NCBI GenBank assembly: GCA_040389905.1
Contig: JAZJZK010000023.1
Location: 189,250 to 253,249 of the forward strand
Reading direction: 5' to 3'
Origin: Gemmatimonadota bacterium
GTDB lineage: Bacteria > Gemmatimonadota > Gemmatimonadetes > Gemmatimonadales > Gemmatimonadaceae
Length of the DNA stretch: 64,000 bases
A program made the position numbers and the translations under genes. The notes below the pieces were generated by a model. The model did not search any database, was not told the DNA's origin, and saw only the letters and a program-made list of their open reading frames with translations. This document shows positions 1-7,607 of this stretch, piece by piece. Numbering within the stretch: position 1 is the stretch's first letter; each line of letters starts with the position of its first letter.

Positions 1-353
1 GGAAAGCATTGGCGGATGCCAAGTATCCCGTGAAGGCCGACTCCGCGGCGATGAACATTCCGATGGTCCTCGTGCTGCTCACGATCCTCGTGCTGTACGT
101 GACGATGGTCTACGGTCCTATCGCGGCAATGCTCGTGGAGATGTTCCCGACGAAGATTCGTTACACGTCCATGTCGCTTCCGTACCACATCGGGAACGGC
201 TGGTTTGGCGGATTCTTGCCAACGACGGCGTTTGCGATTGTTGCGGCGAAGGGGGACATCTACTCGGGTTTGTGGTACCCGGTGATCATCGCCGCGCTCA
301 CGCTCGTGGTCGGGACGATATTCGTCAAAGAGACGAAGGATGTGGATATTTAG
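1..353 (+). CDS. MFS transporter (MHS/metabolite:H+ symporter type), C-terminal part; 5' end outside window
   Basis: Hydrophobic helices and the motif YGPIAAMLVEMFPTKIRYTSMSLPYHIGNGWFGG typical of MHS-family C-termini; ends in KETKD. Confidence 0.85.
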   Translation, partial: KALADAKYPVKADSAAMNIPMVLVLLTILVLYVTMVYGPIAAMLVEMFPTKIRYTSMSLPYHIGNGWFGGFLPTTAFAIVAAKGDIYSGLWYPVIIAALTLVVGTIFVKETKDVDI

Positions 354-413
354 AGGACAGAACTACCGACGGCATCGCGTTCGGTCTGGCGACATCAGAA
401 GTTCAGAGGGATA

Positions 414-522
414 GGTGCTCAGCCCTCAGCCGCAGCCGACAGATTGTCAGGTGCTCGGTGCAGTGCGCTCATTCCGCCTCTCCCCCTGAGAATCTGTTAG
501 CTGTGGCTGACTACTGAGCACC
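414..522. repeat. Imperfect 37-bp inverted repeat (palindromic family D) between convergent genes
   Basis: 414-450 is the reverse complement of 486-522 at 30/37 positions; a related single arm lies at 60976-61012. Confidence 0.8.
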
Positions 523-553
523 AGAATCCCTGAAATCTGCACCGTTTTCCGCG

Positions 554-1480
554 CTACTTCTTGTCGAGATAGCGCACCAACCCATCAACCGTCATGCGCG
601 ATGGCGTCGCCAGCTCATACGCCCGCGCGAGATCCGGATCGAGCACCTGGCTCGCGATATCCGCGCTGGAGCGCACGTGTAAGTCCTCCGCCATGCGCTC
701 TGGCGTCTCGCCGAGTTCCACGCGGCGTCGCACCCATGCCGTCCAATCGTCAAGCCGGTAGAGCAGCTCGTCGAGGTGCCGCTCCGCGTCGGTGAACCGC
801 CCGAAGTGCGTGAGGTCGAGTGCGCGGGGCTTCAGTGCCTTCAAGCGGCTCACGCTCGCGTGCCATGCCTCGACGTCGATATCCGGCGGCGGAGTCGGCG
901 GGCGAACGTACGATGCCCCCTCGAGTCGAACGCCTCCGACGTCACCGGTGAAAACCGATCCGACATCGGGATCGTGAAACGCAATGTGGTGCGACGCGTG
1001 TCCCGGGGTGTGCAGCGCTACAAGCGTTCGGTCTCCGCATGTGACCTCGTCGCCGTCATTGAGGATCGTCACCCGATCGGCCGGACATGGCTCGAATGCA
1101 CCCCACAGTGCGTCCATTCGCTCGGCATAGATCCGCGTGGCGCTCCGCAGCAGCTTCGACGGATCGATCATGTGCGGCGCGCCGAGCGGATGAACGAAGA
1201 GCCGAGCGTCCGGGAGGCGCCGGAGCAGGGAACCCGCAGCGCCGGCGTGATCGAGGTGAATGTGGGTGACGAGCAACTGCGTGATCTCATCGAGTCGAGC
1301 GCCCGCGGCCAGCACGCCCTGCTCGAGTGCGTCGAGCGTGGAGCTCGGACCGGTCTCCACAAGAGTGTGTCCGTGAAGGCCCACGACGAGAAATGCCGCA
1401 ACGGTCTGCGGCGAATCCTGGAAGTTCAGATCCAGGCGCCAGAGATCGGGCTCCAGCTGCTCAGCGGTGACGAGGTTCAT
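554..1480 (-). CDS. MBL-fold metallo-hydrolase
   Basis: THIHLDHAG (HxHxDH), TPGHASHH, FTGD and THFG motifs; start placed at MNLVTAEQ because the longer ORF is antisense to ccmA. Confidence 0.9.
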   Translation of the reverse strand: MNLVTAEQLEPDLWRLDLNFQDSPQTVAAFLVVGLHGHTLVETGPSSTLDALEQGVLAAGARLDEITQLLVTHIHLDHAGAAGSLLRRLPDARLFVHPLGAPHMIDPSKLLRSATRIYAERMDALWGAFEPCPADRVTILNDGDEVTCGDRTLVALHTPGHASHHIAFHDPDVGSVFTGDVGGVRLEGASYVRPPTPPPDIDVEAWHASVSRLKALKPRALDLTHFGRFTDAERHLDELLYRLDDWTAWVRRRVELGETPERMAEDLHVRSSADIASQVLDPDLARAYELATPSRMTVDGLVRYLDKK

Positions 1481-1538
1481 GCGCTCCTGTAGGTGTTTTT
1501 CCCTCTCGTGAAAGTATCCAGCGGCGTATCTTTCCGGG

Positions 1539-2279
1539 ATGGATCGCGCGGCACTCGAGTCCTCAGCAGATGGTTCCGTCGTCGAGGCGGTGGCGCTCTC
1601 GCGCTCGTTCGGCGGGCGTCGCGCCGTGGAGGATGTCAGCTTCTCATTGGCGGCGGGTGAGTGCCTCTCATTGTTCGGTCCAAATGGCGCCGGCAAGACG
1701 ACATTGCTTCGCATTTTGGCCGGGCTGCTGCGCCCAACTGCGGGAAGATGCCACGTCGCTGGAATAGCGTTACGAGATGGGCCGTCCGGCCGCTCGCGCG
1801 TTGGACTGGTATCGCACGCGAGCATGCTCTATAGCGCACTCACGGCACGAGAGAACCTCGAGTTCACGGCACGACTGTATGGACTCGCCGATCCACCGGC
1901 CGCAGCGCGAAGCGCGTTGGAAGCAATGCGCGTACTCGATCGCGCGGAAACGCCGGTGCGCTCCCTCAGCCGAGGGCTTCAGCAACGCGTCTCGATTGCG
2001 CGCGCAATGGTGCATTCGCCGCAGCTGTTGCTCTGCGACGAGCCATATACGGGTCTCGACGAGGTCGGAAGTGTGGCGCTGACCGAAGCGCTCACGGTTC
2101 GCCGTGAGATGGGCGCGGCGCTTGTCGTCGTCACGCACAACCTGAACGAGGGCCTCGCGCTCGCGACGCACACGGCAATCATGCGCCGAGGACGATTCGT
2201 TCGGTACGAGTCCCGAGCGGACGTCGATGCGACGTCGTACGCGAGTGCGTATCGCGAACTGGCGACGCTCGATGCGTGA
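1539..2279 (+). CDS. ccmA: Heme exporter ATP-binding protein CcmA
   Basis: Walker A GPNGAGKTT, signature LSRGLQQR, Walker B LLLCDEP; first gene of ccmABCD. Confidence 0.9.
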   Translation: MDRAALESSADGSVVEAVALSRSFGGRRAVEDVSFSLAAGECLSLFGPNGAGKTTLLRILAGLLRPTAGRCHVAGIALRDGPSGRSRVGLVSHASMLYSALTARENLEFTARLYGLADPPAAARSALEAMRVLDRAETPVRSLSRGLQQRVSIARAMVHSPQLLLCDEPYTGLDEVGSVALTEALTVRREMGAALVVVTHNLNEGLALATHTAIMRRGRFVRYESRADVDATSYASAYRELATLDA

Positions 2280-3012
2280 GGTGGGCCATGTCACCCCGAG
2301 CGACGTCGAGGGGTCTGCACCTTTCCCCCGCATCCCAGGAATGCTCTCTGCAGCCTGGTTGATTGCCCGCAAAGACCTCGAGATCGAGTTCAGGACGCGT
2401 ACCGCGTTCTTTTCGTCGCTTGTATTTGCGCTGCTTGGCATTACGACGTTCTACTTCGCTTGGGATCCCACCGCGGTCTCGGCGATCGACCTCGCGCCCG
2501 GCGTACTCTGGGTCATCTTCACGTTCAGTGGGTTGCTCGGTCTTCAACGATCGTTTGGCGTCGAACAGGCCGATCGTGCAATGGACGCACTGCTGGCCGC
2601 ACCAGTCGACCGCGAGGCGATTTACCTCGGCAAGGCCCTTGCGAACCTGATCTTCGTTTCCGCGGTGCAGCTGATCGCGCTGCCGGCCGTCGCGCTGTTC
2701 TACAATGTCCCAATGGGGCGCGTCGCACTGCCACTGGCCGCGCTGGCGTTGCTCGCAGCGATCGGGCTCGTTGCGGTCGGAACGCTGTTCGCGAGCCTCG
2801 CCGTCAATACGCGTCTCGCCGAACTGCTCCTGCCGATGTTGAGCCTGCCCTTCTTTCTGCCGATCGTCATGTCGGCGGCGGGGACAACATCGCGATTGCT
2901 CGCGGGGCGTCCCGCGTCCGAGGCATGGCCGTGGCTTCGCATTCTCATCGGCTTCGACATCGTGTTCGTTGTCGCCTGCACGCTCGTGTTTCCATATACA
3001 CTCGAAGAATGA
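2272..3012 (+). CDS. ccmB: Heme exporter permease CcmB (start 2272, alternatively 2341)
   Basis: ARKDLEIEFRTR, PGVLWV, ELLLPMLSLPFFLP; ATG at 2272 overlaps the ccmA stop. Confidence 0.9.
   Translation: MREVGHVTPSDVEGSAPFPRIPGMLSAAWLIARKDLEIEFRTRTAFFSSLVFALLGITTFYFAWDPTAVSAIDLAPGVLWVIFTFSGLLGLQRSFGVEQADRAMDALLAAPVDREAIYLGKALANLIFVSAVQLIALPAVALFYNVPMGRVALPLAALALLAAIGLVAVGTLFASLAVNTRLAELLLPMLSLPFFLPIVMSAAGTTSRLLAGRPASEAWPWLRILIGFDIVFVVACTLVFPYTLEE
2289..2322 (+). repeat. REP-like palindromic element, family A copy
   Basis: TGTCACCCCGAGCGACGTCGAGGGGTCTGCACCT; shares both ends with the copies at 36330 and 44600. Confidence 0.85.
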
Positions 3013-3713
3013 CTACTCAGACCGAACACGCCGATACCCGACCAGAGGGCCGCGACTGGCTGCTGCTCGCCGGATTCGTCGCCGTCGCTGCCACGTATGT
3101 TCGGGCGCTGATGTTCACGCCACCAGAAGCCATTCAGGGGCCTGCGCAGCGCATTCTCTATGTGCACGCCGCCTCGGCGTTCGTTGCGTTGTATCTCGCG
3201 TTCGCTCTGATGTCGTTGACGAGCGCGCTCTACTTGTGGCTCAAGGACGAGAAGCTCGATCGCGTCGCTGAGAGCGCGGCGGAGGTCGGCCTCGCGTACA
3301 CGACCGTCGTGCTGATTACCGGGCCGCTCTGGGGCAAGCCGATCTGGGGTGCGTGGTGGGCGTGGGATGCGCGGCTGACGCTCACGCTCTTTCTGTGGTT
3401 CCTCATCGTCGGCTATCTCATCCTTCGCGGTGCGATCGAAGAACGCGGGATGCGCGCGCGCTATTCCGCGGTCGTCGCGCTGCTGGCAGGCCTGCTGGTG
3501 CCGTTCATTCATCTCAGCGTCTACCTGTTTCGCACGATGCACCCGATGCCGATTCTGCTGAAGCCGAGCGCGCCGTCGATGCCGGGAGAGATGCAGGTGA
3601 CGTTCTTCATGAGCTTCGTGAGCTTTTCGCTGTTGTTCGCCGGACTGCTCCGCGCGCGGTATCGGTTAGCCACGCTTCGAGATCTCATCGACGCACAAGA
3701 GGAGGCCCGCTGA
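3009..3713 (+). CDS. ccmC: Cytochrome c biogenesis protein CcmC
   Basis: Trp-rich motif WGKPIWGAWWAWDARLT, RILYVH and RTMHP histidines; ATGA overlap with ccmB. Confidence 0.92.
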   Translation: MTTQTEHADTRPEGRDWLLLAGFVAVAATYVRALMFTPPEAIQGPAQRILYVHAASAFVALYLAFALMSLTSALYLWLKDEKLDRVAESAAEVGLAYTTVVLITGPLWGKPIWGAWWAWDARLTLTLFLWFLIVGYLILRGAIEERGMRARYSAVVALLAGLLVPFIHLSVYLFRTMHPMPILLKPSAPSMPGEMQVTFFMSFVSFSLLFAGLLRARYRLATLRDLIDAQEEAR

Positions 3714-3856
3714 TGCCGGACAATGGCATTTACGCGACGATCACGTATGTCGCCGCTGCGGTTGTGTATACCGCCTATATGATCACGATACGCGTGCGGA
3801 CGAAGCGGCTCGAGGAGCGTTTACGCGAGAATGAGGTGCGCGACGGACAGGGATAG
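3713..3856 (+). CDS. ccmD: Heme exporter protein CcmD-like (47 aa)
   Basis: MPDNGIYATITYVAAAVVYTAYMITI: one TM helix with Tyr, then a charged tail; TGATG coupling to ccmC. Confidence 0.75.
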   Translation: MPDNGIYATITYVAAAVVYTAYMITIRVRTKRLEERLRENEVRDGQG

Positions 3857-3860
3857 ACGG

Positions 3861-3900
3861 AGGTGCAGGCCCTTCGCTACGCTCAGGGCGACAAAACGAG
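3861..3900 (-). repeat. REP-like palindromic element, family A variant
   Basis: Reverse complement CTCGTTTTGTCGCCCTGAGCGTAGCGAAGGGCCTGCACCT closely matches 57766-57803 and 60893-60932. Confidence 0.8.
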
Positions 3901-3944
3901 CGTTTCCGCACGACTTCCTGTCGTTTGTCCCTTGTCCCCTGTCA

Positions 3945-4406
3945 GTGTCCATTCACGTCGTCCTCGTTCATCCTGAGATCCATTGGAACACTGGTAACGC
4001 CGGCCGATCGTGCCTGGCGGCCGGAGCGACGCTGCATCTCATCAAGCCGCTCGGATTCTCGCTCGACGAGCGCGAAGTCAAACGCGCGGGACTCGACTAT
4101 TGGGAGCATGTGGACCTTTGCGTGTGGGAGAGTTGGGCCGAGTTCGAGAACGAGATGCCGCGCCTCGGAGAGCCGTGGTTCTTCTCGACCAAAGGCACGC
4201 GCGTGTTGTGGGACGTTCCACTCGGCGGGTCGGACGTGGTGCTTGTGTTCGGTCGCGAAACCGGAGGGCTGCCGAAGAGTCTGTACGAGCGCTACGCTGA
4301 TCGTCTCGTCGCGATGCCCATTCTCTCGCCGCATGTTCGGTCGCTCAACCTGTCGACGTCGGTCGGCATTGCGTTGTACGAGACCTTACGCCAGCAAAGG
4401 ACTTGA
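3945..4406 (+). CDS. trmL: tRNA (cytidine(34)-2'-O)-methyltransferase TrmL
   Basis: VVLVHPEIHWNTGN, KRAGLDYW, VFGRETGGLP, RSLNLS SPOUT motifs; probable GTG start at 3945. Confidence 0.92.
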   Translation: MSIHVVLVHPEIHWNTGNAGRSCLAAGATLHLIKPLGFSLDEREVKRAGLDYWEHVDLCVWESWAEFENEMPRLGEPWFFSTKGTRVLWDVPLGGSDVVLVFGRETGGLPKSLYERYADRLVAMPILSPHVRSLNLSTSVGIALYETLRQQRT

Positions 4407-4969
4407 TGCTTTCCTTCGCCGCATGGTTGGCGCTCGTGGTGGGTGGTGCCAACGTCGTCGGGATGTCATTGCCTGACGGCGCTAAGGGGCGCGCATCTGT
4501 TGACGCAACGTTTGGTGCTGGCCAACACTCTTCTGACGGCCATTTCTACCTTAAGGATGCGGTGAACACCGTGGACGTCACCGTGGCTTGGCACACGGGC
4601 GCGACCGCGCTCGTTTCGCCGGCCTTTGCCCTAACGGTTGGAGACCAGGGTCATAACGGCGGTCAGGATTCCATCTGCCGCACCAATCCCGAGGGCGGGT
4701 GCCTGGACTACTTCCCCCACTGGATACACTATGCACTCGTCGGTGGCATAGATGTTCGCGAGAGCGGTGGATCTCTTCGCCTGATGGCGGGGCCGGCGCT
4801 GTTCGCAGGTAACAGGAGCTTTGCATTCGGAGGGCAGGCGCAACTGGATGCTGCGTCGCCGCCGGTGTCACATATGGCGCTCCAGATTTCCGTGCGCGGG
4901 AGTGCGGTCGCGCGAGGGCGAGAGAGCTTCCGGCTCGGTTCACTCGACGTCGGGATTCGGATACAATAG
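4406..4969 (+). CDS. Exported hypothetical protein, beta-strand rich (possible small outer-membrane beta-barrel)
   Basis: Hydrophobic N-terminus, Cys pair C-x7-C, alternating strands, ends LDVGIRIQ; TGATG coupling with trmL. Confidence 0.65.
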   Translation: MLSFAAWLALVVGGANVVGMSLPDGAKGRASVDATFGAGQHSSDGHFYLKDAVNTVDVTVAWHTGATALVSPAFALTVGDQGHNGGQDSICRTNPEGGCLDYFPHWIHYALVGGIDVRESGGSLRLMAGPALFAGNRSFAFGGQAQLDAASPPVSHMALQISVRGSAVARGRESFRLGSLDVGIRIQ

Positions 4970-4993
4970 CACGCTCACGTTAGTGGAGGACCA

Positions 4994-5477
4994 ATGCTTC
5001 CATTCGGTGCGTGGCTTGTTCTCGTTCTGGGTGGCGTTACCGTCGTTGTTCCTGCCATATCGGACGTCTCCGGGGGGCGTCTCTCCGTCGATGTAGCGCT
5101 TGGAGATGGGAGGCACACCGGCGGCGGCGGCTTCTACCGCGACGATCCGCACTTGTCCACGGACGCTACGATTGCGTGGCGGGTCAATGCATCGCGCGGG
5201 TTCGCGCCGGCCGCCAGCGTGACCGTCGGTTGGCAAGGGTACTCGCCGGGCACGAATGTTGTCTGCCATCCGAGTCCCGTCGGAGGCTGCCTGGATCATT
5301 TCCCGGACTATGCCCACGTCGCGGTAGTCGCGGGCGGAGATCTCCGCGGGCGAGCTGGCGACTCCCACGGCGTTCCACGTCGCCCTCGAGCTTTCTGCGC
5401 GGGGAAGCGCGGTCGCACGTGGTCGTCGTGAGAGCTTCCAACTCAGTTCACTCGGCGTGGGGCTGCGTATTCAGTGA
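4994..5477 (+). pseudogene. Frameshifted tandem paralogue of 4406-4969
   Basis: N-terminal half matches the upstream gene (CHPSPVGGCLDHFP vs CRTNPEGGCLDYFP); after ~5350 similarity continues in another frame (FHVALELSARGSAVARGRRESFQLSSLGVGLRIQ, stop at 5475-5477); GGAGG RBS present. Confidence 0.8.
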
Positions 5478-5659
5478 TGAGTGGAGGCGACCGGAGCGTA
5501 ATCGCCCGACTGTCGCAACGCGCGTTAGGTAGGTAGCGGTGCAGCTCCCGTCGAGCTGCCCCTGCGTAAGACGAGGCGTCGCGGGAAAACATGCATTGCA
5601 TTCGGGTCGAGGCTGAGCCGCATGCGCTAGCCAGGGTGTTTCAGCCGGACGGCAGCGTC

Positions 5660-5801
5660 TGCTCGAACGCGAGCGCGGCAAGTGTGGCCACTGGCACACT
5701 GTCATTGTAGGGGCGTGGTCGATGTACTTGGGAGAAAGGCAGAGTCCGCCCCTTTCTTTCGCAAGGGACCGCATGTTCTCGAGCGTATCCTTGCGCGACA
5801 T
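5660..5801 (-). pseudogene. Decayed zinc-ribbon repeat protein fragment
   Basis: MSRKDTLENMRSLAKERGGLCLSPKYID, then in a shifted frame TTPLQ*QCASGHTCRA; matches the A..RGG.CLS..Y....T.L.W.C..GH.W pattern with a frameshift, TGA at the first Trp and TGC at the second. Confidence 0.7.
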
Positions 5802-5948
5802 GGCGCCGAGTCGAGGTTGTCGGCGATCACTATACCCTTGCCGTCGCGGTACACCTGCTCGGTGAGTTCGACTTGGGCGAGTCTATCGTCGAGTTGTCTG
5901 GCGCCGATAGAAGTGAAGGCCGCGCATGTACGACTTCGCGCTCCCAAG

Positions 5949-6142
5949 TGCCGCGGTCCAGTGAACAACCTGCCGCAGTCCAGTGAACAATATGCCGCGG
6001 TCCAGTGAACAACATCTCGCGGTCCAGTGAACCCCATGCCGCAGTCCAGTGAACACCATGCCGCGGTCCAGTGAACAACATCTCCCGGTCCAGTGAACAC
6101 GATGCGGCAGTCCAGTGAACAACATCTCGCGGTCAAGTGCAC
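5949..6142. repeat. Tandem array with exact 22-bp period, 9 units
   Basis: GTCCAGTGAAC starts at 5956, 5978, 6000, 6022, 6044, 6066, 6088 and 6110, with degenerate GTCAAGTGCAC at 6132; separated by related variable 11-mers. Confidence 0.97.
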
Positions 6143-6497
6143 ACCATATCACTTGCCGGTGAACAGGCCTTGGAGGCGCACATAGCCCAGGTTAGCCGGC
6201 GGGTTAGTCACCCTCCGCGACGTGGTGCGTGGGTTCCCTACCGTCCCGCTAATGTCGCCGCGTCGGCATCGCCTCCATGTCGGCCGATGGGACTATCGTG
6301 GCCGTTACGTGGTGAGCCACTCATTCCCTTGACCACGCAACATTCACCCGCGGTACAGTGTGAGTGCAGAGCGGTAACGCTCGTCAAGTGCGTCCGCTCA
6401 CCGCGAACGCTGGCCTCCAATCGTTTTCTGTATGCTTGAACCTTACCCCGGCGCTGAATAACGGAAGTCGCGCGCCTCCGCTGGACTCGTATTGGTG

Positions 6498-7394
6498 TCA
6501 GCGTGCCGATTGCGAGGCGATTGCGAATCGCGTCAACGGACTCGCCATACGCTCGACCGGTCGGTCGCCAACCAACGCAACGGGGCAATTGCGGATCGAT
6601 CCCGCCTTGACGATGCTGAGGCGGTGCTCCGCCTCGGCCGCCCGCAGCGCGCTGAGATTGCGAATGGTGTTCGCGGCATAGGCCGCATCGACGCTGACGC
6701 GATGCACGTCCCACAGGTCGAGCGACGGCGTCGCACCATCTGGCACGACGTCCACCACATTTCGCTGGCCCTCCACGCTGGCGGGCTCGGCGTTTGAAGC
6801 TGCAGGCCTGAAAAAAGGGAAGATCGGTGCGGGCGTGAGCGCGCCGACGCCGAAGTCGAAGTAGGCGACCGCAGTGCCATCGAACCAACCGTGCTGCGTG
6901 CCAGCCTTTTCCTTGCCCTCGAGCCACGATCCGCGCGGGACGATTGGGAGATTGAGCGTCGCGCCTGCATCGCGCAGCACAGCGCGCTTCTGTGCAACGA
7001 GTCGCGTGATCTGATCGACCGATCGAAGCTCGTTTGGATGAACGTGGTCGGCGACGATGACATAGTGCAGCCGCCACATACTCGTGTACCCATCCAACTC
7101 CGGCACCGTGGAGAACACTGGTGCCTGGGCGCGGAGCGGCACCGGATCGCCGCCCGGCGCGAATCCGTGGATCGGCCAGTACACGTCGGCCACACCCTGC
7201 GCGACGGGGCCGAAGTCGTAATACCGTATGGCCGTGTCGCGAAACCAGCCGGGACGGTAGTCGAACTGCTGCGCGAACCGGGGGCCGAGGTCGGCGAGTG
7301 CGGAGGCGACGCGTTCGCGGTCGGTCGCCTGTGCATGCGCGGTCGCGGCGAGCGACAGCACTACGAGGCATCCCATCACGCGCGAACGGATCAT
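6498..7394 (-). CDS. Secreted protein with two tandem homologous domains (DUF7482-like)
   Basis: Signal peptide ending AHA-Q; repeated GWF.....YYDFG / GWFDGTAVAYFDFG, Q..V...VP and N(L/C)P(I/V)V. Confidence 0.7.
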   Translation of the reverse strand: MIRSRVMGCLVVLSLAATAHAQATDRERVASALADLGPRFAQQFDYRPGWFRDTAIRYYDFGPVAQGVADVYWPIHGFAPGGDPVPLRAQAPVFSTVPELDGYTSMWRLHYVIVADHVHPNELRSVDQITRLVAQKRAVLRDAGATLNLPIVPRGSWLEGKEKAGTQHGWFDGTAVAYFDFGVGALTPAPIFPFFRPAASNAEPASVEGQRNVVDVVPDGATPSLDLWDVHRVSVDAAYAANTIRNLSALRAAEAEHRLSIVKAGSIRNCPVALVGDRPVERMASPLTRFAIASQSAR

Positions 7395-7419
7395 CTGAGC
7401 ACCCTCGGCTGAACGCCGC

Positions 7420-7446
7420 TGTCACCCCGAGCGAAGGCGAGGGGTC
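7420..7446 (+). repeat. REP-like palindromic element, family A copy
   Basis: TGTCACCCCGAGCGAAGGCGAGGGGTC. Confidence 0.75.
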
Positions 7447-7607
7447 AATTGGACTACTGGATCGGCGGCCAGACGTCAACTGGTCGTCAATCCTGGACCG
7501 GCACCACCCTTCGAGAGGTAACCGGTGTCAAATTACAGCGGCCGGCGGACGCTCGCCGGGCCACCCATTTCTCGCTGTCGACCCCCACCGGCAATTCTTT
7601 CCCGAAC

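Noticed and set aside
1481..1825. N-terminal extension of the MBL hydrolase ORF
   Set aside because: Mostly antisense to ccmA; protein-like sequence starts at ATG 1480
5949..6142. CRISPR array interpretation of the 22-bp repeats
   Set aside because: Repeat and spacer are only 11 bp each, spacers are related to one another (two are identical), and no cas gene is in the window
5702..6152. Minus-strand ORFs with a 22-aa repeat (CSLD..FTG..VHWT)
   Set aside because: All three minus frames are open and give the same permuted peptide, as expected for a stop-free 22-bp repeat; no evidence of translation, though not formally excluded
5480..6497. Integron attC sites (GTTAGGT near 5524, GTTAGCC near 6191)
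   Set aside because: No matching RYYYAAC inverse core or paired stem found, and no integrase
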